From contig WELA01001098.1 in NCBI GenBank assembly GCA_009602735.1, forward strand, positions 70,975-118,197: a stretch of DNA of 47,223 nt. Direction: 5' to 3'. Positions 26,910 to 40,754 of the stretch are shown here, in pieces. The DNA is from Mesotaenium endlicherianum (taxonomy: Eukaryota). Under the pieces are notes generated by a model. It saw only the letters and a program-made list of their open reading frames with translations, did no database searches and was not told the DNA's origin. A program made the translations under genes and the position numbers. The first letter of the stretch is position 1, and the number at the start of each line of letters is the position of its first letter.

Positions 26910-28899
26910 GGCAGACGAGGGCACGTGGTTGCAATCAGGCCCGCAGCGTGCTTACTCCTGCAAAGCAAGGTTCCCCCCCAGCCCCGGACCCTGCTTCCCA
27001 CACACATACGCACCTCTTTCCAAGCGCATGCGACAGTGCTCTTCTACAAGCGAGAACGCAATCTGCACTTGCGAGCATGCACGTGCAACAAAGCAAAACA
27101 CGGGCACACACGCACACACACGCACACACGCACACACACGCGCGCGCGACCACGCGCAGACCATACGCAAGTGCCTGCAAGTAGCCATGAGATACAAGTT
27201 GCGGCCCCCATGCATGCGCCCCTCACTCACATGAGCGTGACAAGCAAGTCGCCTGACGAGCAAGGGCGAGCAAATCAGCGAGAGCGAGAACGACAGGGAA
27301 AGAAGAGCAAGAGCGAGGGCGCGAGAGCGAGAGCGAGAGCGAGAGCGAGAGCGAGAGCGAGAGCGAGGGAGCGAGACTTGCGGAGGGCGCACCTCAAAGG
27401 CCTGCTTCTGGAACTGCTGCACCACAAAGTCCTGCGAGCTGCGCGCGTTCCTCACGTCCAGCAGCTCCTGTTGTTGTTGTTGTCGTCGTTATTGTTGTTG
27501 TTGTCGTTGAGGTTGTTGTCGTTGATGTTGTTACCGTTGTTGTTCGCGTAGCATTGACAATGATGATGCCGTTGTCGATGGATACCCACACCAGCAGCGT
27601 ATGCAGCAAGACATTAATCAACAGGCTGGAAAGGAAGCACCGTGACATGGAACACATGGATGTTTTACGGAGTACATAGGGTATTCAAACATGCTCACGT
27701 GAACACACACAAGAAGTAAATATTCATGCGTACATGACAATTTATGTACGTATGAAGATATACTTTGACGAATGTGTGGTACCAAACATGTACTTGCACA
27801 AATAAAAACAAGATATCCAGCTTTCTCTTGGCGTACGTTTTAACAAGTGGAATATTATACATCTTGCCAATCCTTCCTGTCTTGCTTTTCTGGAGGAACT
27901 CTGCTGGCCGCTGTTGGCCGCGAAAATGGCGAGCTGCAGACTCAAAGACAGCTGCAAATGTGAACAGCATCCTAAACCCTAAGCATACCTGCGCGTAAGG
28001 AGCCGCTATCTTGGGGAACGAAAATTCCGGGTCCAAAGTTTTACCCACACCTGCAAACACACCCGACGAAAATTTGATGTTTTATTATTTTGTTTCTCAC
28101 AACACAAGATGGCGAGGAGACAGAGACGGGTGGGTCTAAGAAGGAAGCACGGGGGGAGGAAGGAAGCAGATAGGGGAGAGAGAGAGAGAGAGGGGACGGG
28201 GGAAAGTGAGGGAGGGAGACAAAAAGGGGGGGGTGGATAGGGGGAGAGACAAAGAGCGGTCACTCCAAGATTTTTTTGGCTATGCGAAAGATATCACACA
28301 CACACACACACACACACGCACACACACACACACAGTGCACATGCATGCGGACACAAATCTGCGCATGCACACGAGCACTCAAACGTCCACACACACACTT
28401 ACACATGCACATGCACATGCACACACATACACAAACACACAAAGCACATACAGAGTGTCTGCATGCATGCATGGACAGGTCTGCCGTAGAAATTGCCATA
28501 CATGCATGGACATTCATGCACATAGCACTTGGATCAAGGCGCGAGAGTGCGCCCAGCTGGGCCCTCACCTTCGAGCGTGGAGAAGGCGCGGAGCACAAAG
28601 GTGAATGTGGATGGGAATCTGAACGGTTGGTCGATCGCGATGGCAAAGAGGTCCTGGCCCCCACACGCACCAACACACACACACACAGAGAGAGAGAGAG
28701 GGAGAGGGAGAGAAAAACGTCACGCACGTTAACACGTTATGCACGGTCAGTGGTATCACTCAAGTAGGTTGACGCCGCCACCAGAGGAGCACGTGCTTGA
28801 AGCCCTCAGTCCAGCTCGCCCGTAACTGCGCATCCGTGCGCGCACGCGTGTGCGTGTGCGTGTGTGTGTGTGTGTGCGTGCGTGTGTGTGTGTGTGTGT

Positions 28900-28947
<48 letters not shown>

Positions 28948-29401
28948 GGGTCATCCGCAGGTTACACTCCCTCTGATAGGCATCAATTCTACCAAGACGG
29001 CCGGTAACCTACCTCTCCCAGGCTCTCTATACAGTGACAAAAAGAGCAGCTTCTCAGGCAAGTGTTTACAGCAACTGTTCACAGTAGGGCAGAATCGACG
29101 TACGCACGGACCAACAGCGCACAAATGCCTGAACTGAGGGCATGGGCTGGAGTATGCACCTCCCCTATGGCGGAGATGGTGGCGTTGCGCTCCACCTGCG
29201 GCCCTGTCAGATTCTCGAGGAAGAATTGCACTGACCTCCTCACCTGCAGGCGGAGTTGCACACATATGTTATTAGATTAGATATATAGTCATAAATTAGT
29301 AGCTGACTGGGTGGCTCGAAGATAGTCAGACATGTGTACATCAATATGTTATCCATGTGTACTCATGTATATATGTATATATGTGACATATGTGTATGTT
29401 G

Positions 29402-29462
<61 letters not shown>

Positions 29463-31091
29463 CACCCGTTCCAATGCATGTTTTTCCTTCATATGTGCTC
29501 ACATGAGGGTTTTCGTCGCAGGTAACTCAAAGCTGGACATACATATAGGGTGCACAGGTAATCAACGCACGTGGATGTACGCACAATAAAGGGTGCTCAT
29601 TACATGTGAACGATCAGAAAACACTGCGTGCGCACAGCATTAAGTTTCGCCCGGGGAAGATGGAGTAAGCACTTAGTCATATGACACTCTTCCAATAAAG
29701 GTCGCACTTCTTTTAATTTTTTCGATAACACAGAAGGCGCACCCCATGGAAGGCGAGGGTGCCACTGAGGATTTGGAAAAGGTGTGTCACTCACAGGCGC
29801 GAGATCGCCAGTCGGGATGAGAGCTCCCAGGTCTACCAGCGCTTGGATCACCTGCCATGTCAGCACGCACATGTGCCACATCAGCACGCACACACATGAC
29901 ATGTGTACTGCACGGTACTAGTATGTGACACTTTCCAACAATCAGGTACCTATCTGACCGTACTGAGGTAATTACAGACATGTATATGCATATATATGAA
30001 CACACGCACATATACATATATATGTACACACATATGCATACATATATATGTATATATACACATATGCCTACATGGGATAGTTGCAACAAGCTGAGAGCCT
30101 CCGACCTTTTTGGAGTCCTTCTCGTAGACGGCGTAAAACATCTCGAGCAGGCGGTCCTTGGTGAAGGGCTTGATCTCGCCCATCATCCCAAAGTCGTAGT
30201 AGATGAGGGAGCCGTCGACGTCCACCGCCACGTTGCCCGGGTGCGGGTCCGCATGGAAGAAGCCCGTCTTGAGTATCTGCGAGAGGGCCCCCCCGAGGAA
30301 TTGGAGAGGAATTGGAGACAAGATGCACATTCAAATGATCTGTAACACATGAATAGAAAATAGAAAGTAGAGAATGGATTTAATCAAAGAAGATCACAAA
30401 ATTTGAAACAAAAAATTCAAAGTAATATCGAAATAATCACAAGACAAAGACAAATGATTGATACTGGTTATATACACATGCACATAGACACATTCAAGCT
30501 TTTACATATATACATATGTATGTATGTATTTATTTATTCACTTATATGTATTTATTCATATCCAAAAATACAGCATGAGATGTATTAGAGGGGAGCGGAG
30601 GCATCAGAGGCAGAGAGTTCACTCTTCAAGAATTAAGTTTTGACTGAAAAATAATTATCAAGACTATCCATATATGGCATGCGTTTTAGGACATACATGA
30701 GGAGGGTACATGAATAAGAACAGGCCAACCACAAAAATCAGCAAGGTTGATGACATCAGCAAGCCAGAATGGCGACATCAGCAAGCACGGGTCATGACAT
30801 CAGCAGGGCATGTGTCATATATGGCGTCTTTGACGCAGAGCTACCCATGCAATCCATTAGAGCTGCACGCTGCTGTTGCAAAACTCCTCACAAATGTGAA
30901 TTCTTACGAGAAGGAAAAAAAAGGAACCTCCCCCCAACTGCCCCACATTCAGTATCCGCTGTTTACTTGTGCGCAATCATGAACTATATCTCTTGCGTGG
31001 GGGTGGGAGTTATGTGCGTGTGTGCATGCATGTGAGGGTGCATATATGTGAATGTGTGCGTGGATATGAATGTATGTGTGTACGCGCGCGC

Positions 31092-31169
<78 letters not shown>

Positions 31170-34100
31170 GTGTGTGTGTGTGTGGTGCGTGAGAGAGAGA
31201 GAGAAAGAAACTATTAGCAAGAATGGGAATATGAAAGCAGGCCTGCCTAAGCAAGAACATTTGAAAGGGTCACCTATTTGCATGCAGGCACACACAACAC
31301 TCGGGATTCTAACCCGCGCGCAGTGTCACTCACGAACAAATTAGCATAAAACTACCCAACGCATGTGCAGCAATGCACGTGTGCGGATTGCTATTTCCAC
31401 ATGTTACGCATGGTCAGCAATACATCCAAGAAGTAAACAAGAGACACATTTATTCCTTTCTTCATCTTGATTTGATGTTTAAAATCAGTGAACATCATTT
31501 GTATTTTACCCTGGAATTTCACAATCAGCATGATTGTCGGGAATTAAAACGCCTTATTAGTATAACAGACCGTTCAATGGCAGTGCCAGACTAAAGAACC
31601 CCGCGACGGCCACATCAGCAGTCAAAGTTGCAGCAAGGCGCAGGCGCTGACCTGAATGAGGTAAGACTCGATCGCCCGGCTGGCGATGAGGCTCCTGTCG
31701 AGGCCCAGCGCGTCCAGCTCAGCAACGCTATTCACCTTCACGCCTGCTCGCGCAATTCCCACACATGCGCAATTAGCCCCAGACAAGCGGAAATTCTGCC
31801 AACGTGCCGCAGCTCGGCAACGCTGTTCACCTTCACGCCTGCTCGCACGATTTCCACGCGTGCACGGTTAGCAGCAGACAAGGGAGAGAATCTGCCCATG
31901 TGCAGCTCGGCAACGCTGTTTACCTTCACCCCTGCAACCACCGGGACTGTCCATTCTGGTGATCAGTGAGGCAGAGAGGGCCGGGTCAGGGGGAGAAGGA
32001 GACCGGGTGTTAAAGGGAGGGAGAGCGGGAGGAAGGGAGGAACGGAGATAGGGAGTGAGGGAGACAGAGAAGGAGGCATGGCGGGATGCAGGGGATTAGC
32101 AGTGGGGAAGCGAGGCAGGCAGGCAGGCAGGGGCTGCAGGAGACAGGCAAGAGGAAGGTAAGAAGGCAGGCAGGGAGAGAGGCAGGGAAGCAGGGAGGGA
32201 GGCAGGGAGAGAGGGAGGGAGGCAGGGAGGGAGGCAGGGAGATGAGGGAGGGAGGCAGCGAGGGAGGCAGGGAGGGAGGCAGGGAGGGAGGCGGATGAGG
32301 GAGGGAGGGAAGGGGGGAGGGGGGGGATAGACGCACCAGGGGCGTACTGGAGGGTGAGCACTTTGCGCGAGGTGAAGTTCCAGTACACCTGCGGCACCTT
32401 GACCCACGCGTACTTCCGAAAGTCTCGGCGGAAGCGGTCGGCGTTGCGCCCCTCGTTGATGTAGTCGATCTCCTCGTACAGGATGCTGCTCCCCCCCGCA
32501 AGACGCACACGCACACACACGCACACACGCACACACGCACACACGCACGCACGCACATATGCACCACACACATACAACCATAGAGGCACAAACATAGTCA
32601 CATACCCAGGCAAACACACACACGCACACACGCACACACGCACACGCACACGTACAAACACGTACCCAAACACACACACATACACGCACACGCACACACG
32701 CGCGAATGGAGATAGGCGCGCACACGGAGGCAAGACACGCGTGAGGACGGCGGAGCGTGAGAGCCTCACACACGCGCGCAGTGCCAGCAAAGCGCGCGGA
32801 CGCGTGTGCGCACGCGGGCGCGTGCACGCACGCATGCGTGGGCATGTATGTATGCACGCCCACGCATGAACGCATGCGTATAGTGGGTGCCAAGCTAGTG
32901 TGCCTCCCCAGGGAGTGGGGTGGTTCTCCAGGGTGATCAGGGGAGTCTAAGTCCCGTGGCTGTGTTCACTCCTCCCCTCGTAAGGGATGTGCCTGGGGGG
33001 GCGTTGCTTTGCACATAGGCAGGGTGTGGGGCATGTGCATATGCAGGTTCATCAAAAAAACACATCAAGGGTGCTGGAATACTTTCGGTCAGCAGCAAGG
33101 TGGTCTTAGATGGTAATGAGGAGGAAGGAGGTGTCGGGTTTGGATTGGGCATATGGTCTCTGGCTTCTTGCGCGAGCGTGCTACAGCACTAACGAATCAC
33201 ACGAGCACGTAGTTTCAGCGTACCAGTTACGCTCTCGGCCACGTATGTGACGGTGATAAGGAATAAGTCTGCACGTGGGTGTCAATGAGTCGCATGTGAT
33301 CATGCGTGTGTGCGATCACTCACAAAACGAGACACGCCCACACACACATGCAGGCACACATATACCCATGCGCATGCAGACATATGCACCTTCTTAGCCC
33401 ACAGGCACACGCGCAGACACACACACGCACACACACAAAAACACACATGGGCACACCCACACACGCACCCCACACTTGCACACTCGCACACAATCCCTCA
33501 CATGAAAACACACACACACACACACACACATGCACACGCACGCGCACACGCACGCGCACACACACATTACACTCGCACATGTGCACAGACACGCAGAAAC
33601 ACAAGCACAGAGATGCCTACAGAGACACGCCCGGAACGTAGGGACATGAGCGCACAGAGAGGTCAGGCACGCTGGCAGGCTGGCGGGCGGGCGGGAAGGG
33701 GGACGTGCTTACGTGGCGCACTCCTCGTAGATGCCCAGCCAGTCGCGCGTGGGCCCCCCCAGTGTCTCGCTCTTCTGGAAGTATTCTGCTATGAGCTTCA
33801 AGTTGCCTGCAATATACACGTTTATATATGCATATGAATGTATATATATACACACATATATAAATATATGCATATATTCATATGTATTCATATATACGCA
33901 CACAAATAAGTGTACGCAATCCGTCGCACATGCGTTCAGCATGCTCTACAATTGAAACTCCCGCACAGAGACGCGTTCATATGCCACAGTCGCATGGAGG
34001 AGCATGAATTCCTATCGGTGTGAAGCATGCGGGCCGTGCACGCGTGCGTGCGTGAGTTCCTGCGTGCGTGAGTCCGTGCGTGCGTGCGTGAGTCCGTGCA

Positions 34101-35261
34101 TGCGTGCGTGAGTCCGTGCATGCGTGCGTGAGTCCGTGCATGCGTGCGTGAGCGCGTGCAGGTTAAGATCGTTGGACACAATAAACAAAAACACATAAAC
34201 ACACCACACACACACATGCACATGCACACACATACACACGAACAAACGCACACACACATGCACACACGCACACACACACTGTCGCAGAGTGTCCAGGGTC
34301 AGACGGCAGAAGCTATTCTCACAAACCTTTTAGGCACTTCGGGCCTGGGGGTGCGCATGTGAGTGCTGCCCGCCTTGCTGGCAATAGGAGGCTAAACCTA
34401 AACCTACACCTAAAACCCTGAACCTGACACGACACCCGCCAAAACTCTAGACGGAAAGCCAACTTGGGTCAGCCTCATACCAACGGGCTGTGCAGCACCA
34501 GCACCATTCAATCTCAAAAAATCTTGACACCAGGTGGCGTGCCCGAGGCCGTTCCGGCATCAAAGATGCTCACAAGAGGGAACGGCTGGTATGAGAGTTC
34601 TCTTCAACACTTTATTCCTAGACTGTAATTTTGAGGAGGGGGAGTGGAGGAGGGATGGGGAGGAAGAGAGGGGGGGGGNNNNNNNNNNNNNNNNNNNNNN
34701 NNNNNNNGGGGGGGGAGGCAAATGGAAGTACCGAGATCGATGTCAAAGAGCTCCTTCAATCCGGGCCGCTGGATCTTCACTACCACCACCTCCCCGTCGT
34801 GCAGCACTGCCCTGTGAACCTGGTCAGGAAGGGAAAAAAATTAAAAAAAAACACCATATGTACTGTTATACAAGAATCACAACTATATCCGTATAGCGAT
34901 TGATAGCCAGCGGAACCTGGCGGTGGCGGCATTGGAGGCAGCAGCCGAGGAACTGTCAACCAGACGACAGCTGGCAACGACCCAGCAAGGACCGGAGCGC
35001 GCAACGACGCATCGAAACGTTTCAGTTTACGCACACGTGCAAGCGCACGAGAGCAGAAAGAGAAATCAAGGGAAGGGGGTGAGAGAGGGGTGGGGGAGGG
35101 AATGGGGAGGGGGTGGGGGAGGGAGCAGGAAGATACAGTATCATGAATACGGGCAAGACTATCACAAGTTCATCATGCAATCATAACTACAATAACAATC
35201 AAGAAGAACAATAACAATCGAAGGTAGAACTCAGACAGAGCGTGCACGTGTGGTATTCTGG

Positions 35262-35312
<51 letters not shown>

Positions 35313-35960
35313 GGCCGAGGCTGGCGGCAGCGAGGGGCGCGCTCTCAAACTCTGCAAACAGCTCATTTATCGGCTGCCCGAGCTCCCGCTCCACGAAGCT
35401 GACCGCCTTTTCCGGGGAGAATGCAGGCACCCGGTCCTGCAGCTTCGAGAGCTCCTCCACAAATTCGGCAGGCAGCAGGTCCGAGCGGGTAGACGACAGC
35501 TGTCCCAGCTTGATGAACGTGGGGCCCAGCTGCAGGATACTCTTTCTGACCCAGGCCGCGAGCCCGCGCCGCCGTTTTTTCTGCCGGCCCAATCCGGGCA
35601 GGAAAGCGACATTTTCCCACAAACACCACACCACAGAAAGCCACGAATCCAGTTAGTGAGATAGGAGTAGCGTAGAGAGAAATCGAGAGAGGGAGAGAGA
35701 AAGAGAGACAGCGAAAGAGGAGTGAGGGAGAGAGAGAGAGAGAGAGAGAGNNNNNNNNNNNNNNNNNNNNNNNNNNNNNNNNNNNNNNNNNNNNNNNNNN
35801 NNNNNNNNNNNNNNNNNNNNNNNNNNNNNNNNNNNNNNNNNNNNNNNNNNNNNNNNNNNNNNNNNNNNNNNNNNNNNNNNNNNNNNNNNNNNNNNNNNNN
35901 NNNNNNNNNNNNNNNNNNNNNNNNNNNNNNNNNNNNNNNNNNNNNNNNNNNNNNNNNNNN

Positions 35961-36013
<53 letters not shown>

Positions 36014-38281
36014 TGGGACTGAGAAGCGCGGAAGCGTAAGCTAGGGGAAGGAGAAGAGAGCGCATGTGAACGCGTTGACAATTACCCCCCTTCCTCGGAA
36101 AGCAGCTCCCACGTTTGGGGTTGGAGTTTTACGGCTTCACATCCTCCGTCTTCTTTCCTCCTCTTCATGTGTTTTCATCGAGACACACAAGCTGACCGCG
36201 ACCCCTAGAGATGTAATCTCACGCTTCTCATCTCCACATTGTGTTCCAAGATAGTCACATCACAGAGAGAGCCAGTGCCGCCTGCATCATACGAGCCGAG
36301 TGCCGTCACCTCCCCCCCGCAGCCGAGTGTGTGCGCAGTGTGTGTGTGTGTGTGCGTGTGTGTGTGCGTGTGCTGGGATACCACACGTGCACGCTCTGTC
36401 TGAGTTCTACCTTTGATTGTTATTGTTCTTATCAATTGTTGTTGTTGTTATGATTGCATGATAAACTTTGTGATAGTCTTGCCCTTAATGATAATAATGC
36501 ATCTTCCTGCTCCCTTTCCACTGCCCCCCTCCCCCCCTTCCCCACCTCCCCCGTGCTCGTGCGGGGAGCACCCTATACTTGAGAGATTCACTCCTTACAT
36601 GCACCGGACGCTATGGACCTCCCCCCTCCCCCCCCCANNNNNNNNNNNNNNNNNNNNNNNNNNNNNNNNGGGTGGGGGGGGGGGGGGGTTTGCGGCACTT
36701 GGTGTTCTTGTTGTGATCGGAAGGCGATCAAGGAGGGTGCATAGCAGAGGGGGCCCCCACAAAAAAGTCAAGAGGAACGCAAAGGAGGACCAATGACTAT
36801 GCACGCAATCTCCCCAGGGCGTGTCTCGGATGAGTGGGACGAGGTTGGTCTTGTTTTTGGGTCTCGTGTGTATTTTTTGTCGTTTGTTGTCTTGTGTTTG
36901 CTATTCTTTGTTTGTTTGCTCTGTTTGTTTCATTGGTTTTGTTGTTTGGTAGTGGTCCCATATTCGTCCTGTATGGAATTTTTGCTCGTCTGTCTGCTCT
37001 TTTTTTTTTGCCTTGTTTCGTGTCAGTCACTCTAAGACACTCTAAGAATACCACATATACCTGCTTCTCCTCCGAGAAACCTCCGGGGTACGACCACTTG
37101 GCGTCCACAAAGTAGAGCCACGCGCGCAGCGTCAGCACGAAGCTCCAGGTGTCGATGCTGCGCTGCGTCTTGTTGTAATTCTCCTGGGCCCACTTGAAAG
37201 ATTCGTCAGACTTGAGCACCTGGAGATTACTCCCCATGGGGGTCAGCTTGGGAGTGTAGTCTATGACACGGCCCCTGCCCCCCCCCCTGGAGGGAGCAGA
37301 TCTGAACCCGGCACTGAAAGGGGGGGGGGCACTGGTCGCTGAGGAGCTTGGACCAGCCGCTGCACCGTTCACCGCCCCGCGGTTATGCTGCTGGGCAGTC
37401 TGCTGCCCTGCGTTGAACGACGAGCGCACCAGGGCTCGCGTGGCGGCAGACTGCTGTCGTGCAATCGCGCCGTTTGAAGGTCTGGCCGCTGCATCGTTGC
37501 CACCTGTCGCACGCACGAGCCCCACAGTTGCCACGTCATCCATGCTGCTGCTGCGACTGCTGCTCCCGTTGCCCGTCAAATTAACAGAGTAATTTGCCGC
37601 GCCATTTGGGAGTGCACGATTAACTGCTGCACTGTTCACTCCCCTGTTGTAGGGGATGGGCAGGGGTCCCGAGACAGAGGGGGGCCCCTCGAAGCCCTTA
37701 ACTACACCGTTAACTGCCACCCCATTTGCAGCGTTGTTTGCAGCGCCGTTTGCAGCGCTGCTTCTCCCCTGACTGGCGGCTCCCCCCGAGCCTCTAATTC
37801 TCTTTAAGGCATCTTCTATTGCAACAATTCTGGAGTTGGGGCCCCTGTGCCTTCTTGCTCCCGAGCCATTAGCAGCGCCATTTGCAGCGCCGTTTGCAGC
37901 TCCATTTACAGCGCCGTTGGCAGCTCCGTTTGCAACACGGATCTCACTCGAAGATCCAACCAATATGCCACTCGTTCCAGGTCCTTCGTTCTCGTCTTTG
38001 TTAAATCTAACACGTGAATCTGTGGCAGCGGCTGTGACGGCCACATGGTTGCTTCTCCTTGTCCCTCTGGAGCTAGCTCTTTGGGAGATTCCTGCCCTGT
38101 TATCGGGACTATAAGCAAGTTCTGAAAGTTTTATTGACCTTAGACCATGGTGAGAGGGGACCAACTTCGAAGGAAGCCGAACCAAAGGAGCATTCTGAGA
38201 GCGGTTTTTCCCTTCTCTGAGCTGACAGAAAGTGGACGAGAAGAGCCCCAGAGCCCCTTCCGTCTGTGATAATGATGCCAT
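25513..38281 (-). CDS. ABC1K7: ABC1/UbiB-family atypical kinase, ABC1K7 (SIA1)-like, probably plastid-targeted; complete 15-exon gene
   Basis: Phase-consistent exons (-): 38281-37061, 35580-35311, 34819-34732, 33806-33713, 32485-32337, 31743-31652, 30276-30106, 29851-29795, 29243-29160, 28653-28569, 28050-27989, 27467-27393, 26723-26619, 26046-25905, 25586-25513. Motifs: [135 protein letters not shown]. These match my recollection of Arabidopsis ABC1K7. Confidence 0.95.
29405..29457. repeat. (TA)n microsatellite in an ABC1K7 intron
   Basis: Uninterrupted TA run. Other intronic simple repeats include (GT)n ~31095-31182, (GAGCGA)n ~27320-27366, (AG)n around the gap at 35729-36009, a 20-bp repeat at ~34055-34152 and GT/GC tracts at 15447-15700. 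Confidence 0.9.
31715..31934 (-). repeat. Triplicated 3' splice site plus first ~29 nt of ABC1K7 exon 6 (units of 93 and 95 bp)
   Basis: cag|G(C/G)GTGAAGGT(G/A)AA(C/T)AGCGTTGC(C/T)GAGCTG occurs at 31934-31903, 31841-31810 and 31746-31715; the ORF track shows [10 protein letters not shown] twice. Confidence 0.9.
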
Positions 38282-39068
38282 TGTCTTGCAGGAGCGTTCT
38301 GTGATTTCAGGAAAAATTAAGTATGAAGTAAAGGCGTGCGCCTAAGAAAGTTCATCACTCTAAGAAAATAATGCTAAGGAAACAACTGCTAATTGCTCTT
38401 TGGCTGGCACGCCTCCTTTGCAAAGGCAACAGGTGCGCGAGGGGAGATTTGCACATTCAAGGGTCGATCTTCGAAGCAACGAGTTCGTGCCGATCTTACG
38501 TGCACACTCTATCTGGCTGGCTTCCTATACTTAATGTGCAAACGGGATCACCTAACGCAACTTTTTTCTGTAGGCGACGGGAGTGGAAGTTGTACTTGCG
38601 CCCAAGCACTGAGCAGGACCCGAGCTAGGGACGAAGAGTAGTCTGCACGACGAGATTGCCAATTCGATCTGCCCGACTCCAGAGTCCAGTTCCCAGAGCA
38701 CTAAATGGCACGCACTAATGCGCACCACCACGCACCACGTAGTCAGGGTCTACCCTCCGGTGTCTTCGTTAAACGTGGGCTCACATCGCATTAGAATTCA
38801 CACGCTCATTCACTGGCTTACACACGTAAGGCTTGGCCAGACTTCGGTACGTTCTGGTACGCTTGGTACACTTCATTACATTTTTGTACTTTTCCTGATC
38901 TCATATTTTCGCTGGGGTGTGAGCATCAGGTCGGTCGCGTATGCACCGAACCAGCGTGACCCACTTGAACCAGCTTGAACGGATTTGACCGCTTATCGTC
39001 GATTTAAAGCAGCAGCCGAGCTAAGGTTGCTTAATCGACCGGTAATTAGCATGGTAATTAGCCAACAT

Positions 39069-39551
39069 TGTCGCGACTATTATCCGTTTGACGGTGTCGC
39101 ACGCGCAGCGCAAGCTACGGCCACCTAGTGCTGAAAGTCAACCTTGACTCACCAACCACTCGACTGATTACATCGCAATCAGCGGTTATGGCGGCGTCAA
39201 GACCACTGGCAAGGGGTCAATGTCAGTGTTGTCGCGACTATTATCCGTTTGACGGTGTCGCACGCGCAGCGCAAGCTACGGCCACCTAGTGCTGAAAGTC
39301 AACCTTGACTCACCAACCACTCGACTGATTACATCGCAATCAGCGGTTATGGCGGCGTCAAGACCACTGGCAAGGGGTCAATGTCAGTGTTGTCGCGACT
39401 ATTATCCGTTTGACGGTGTCGCACGCGCAGCGCAAGCTACGGCCACCTAGTGCTGAAAGTCAACCTTGACTCACCGACCACTTGATTGATTACATCGCAG
39501 TCAGCGGTTATGGCGGCGTCAAGACCACTGGCAAGGGGTCAATGTCAGTGT
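39069..39551 (+). repeat. Three tandem copies of a 161-bp CpG-rich unit at the putative 5' LTR start
   Basis: Units start at 39069, 39230 and 39391 (tgtcgcgactattatccgtttgacgg...ggggtcaatgtcagtgt). Copies 1 and 2 look identical; copy 3 has ~4 substitutions. Confidence 0.95.
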
Positions 39552-40754
39552 GCCCCACACCCAAGGATGGGGGAGGTTTTGACAAGACAGCCGCGAGGCT
39601 AGGAGCTGGGGATCAGCAATGAGCCGCCCAGCAAGTACCAGGTCAGGTACTGTGTGACTGGCAGATTAAGCCAGGTCATGGCTGCAATGCCAAGATAGGT
39701 TACGGCCCAACGGTTGGGAAAACTTGAGCAGGTGGCATTTGCTTGCACGCCGCTCAGGAATTCTTAGCCATGAGCCAATCAGGCGTGACTGCCAGCTGAG
39801 AAGCTAAGCAGTCACGCGCGACAGTCACAAGGTGTGCATGCATGTTGAATGACTACCAGTTTGAGTTGAGCATGGCTAGACAGAAGCGACATGCAGCTAA
39901 GTTGTGTGACTAAGCACGGCATTCTCGAAAGATGACGCTGTGTGGTGCCTGCGAAAGGCACGAATCTTGCCTGAAAAATGTCATTCACTCTCACGCACCT
40001 TTGCCAAGAGGCAGAAGGAAAGAGAAGAAGGGCGCAAAGAAGAAGAAGGAGTTCCCAAGGCCATTGGAGGACGAAAGCCCCACGCTTCTGACGACGCTGA
40101 AGATTCTTCTGTGTATCATAGATAAGTTAGGATTGTAGGAGTTCCCAAGAGGGAATCTCACGGTTGAAGAAGGAGAACTGCATAATAGAATCTGCTAGGA
40201 GATTAGCACGGAGTCAGCCGAACGCCACAAGTGTGTGTGTGTGAAGCAGCCTTAAAATGGTGAGTTGTGTGTTGATTTCCAGGTTCTCAGAAGTCGCATT
40301 CGCATCTCGAAGAGAGAGAGTAGTATTGACAGATAAAGCTCTCAGTGAAGAACTGAGTGAGCCCAGCCTGGNGGCCCAGTCTGGCAGTGAAGAGCTGTTA
40401 GGGCGCAGTGTTAAGTGAAGGGCTTGACCCAGGCCAGCATAGACGTAGTTTCAGAGTTTTGTAAGCTGACTTGTGGAAGTTAAGCGAAAGTATGAAGGGC
40501 GATTTTCTCTGAATCTGACGTTGCATGTCAAGCTGCTTAGAGTGTGATTTCTGCAAACTACAATTTGTTCACCTGTGAACCCAAGAACCTTAAGGCATAA
40601 AGCCTATGTGGAAGTAAGAGACTTCCGTCCTACTTCTGAGAACCTCGGTTCTGTGGTTCAGGTGAATAGAAATTCCCAAGCAAATTGGGGATTGAGGCCT
40701 GTGAGGGCTGCCGGTGCTCAACCTGGAAGGGGACCCGGAGAAATTCAACTGTAC

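Noticed and set aside
34394..34426. Interstitial telomere-like repeats or telo-boxes (also ~13045 and ~27974)
   Set aside because: Only one to four degenerate units in introns; compatible with chance.
39069..39551. CRISPR-like or RNA-gene array
   Set aside because: Units are contiguous near-identical 161-mers with no unique spacers, no cas genes and no tRNA/5S features, in a eukaryotic context.
39817..39830. LTR 3' end (CGCGACA) followed by a primer binding site
   Set aside because: The inverted match to the LTR start is only 7 bp and no TGG-starting tRNA-complementary PBS follows; the LTR end cannot be fixed without the second LTR.
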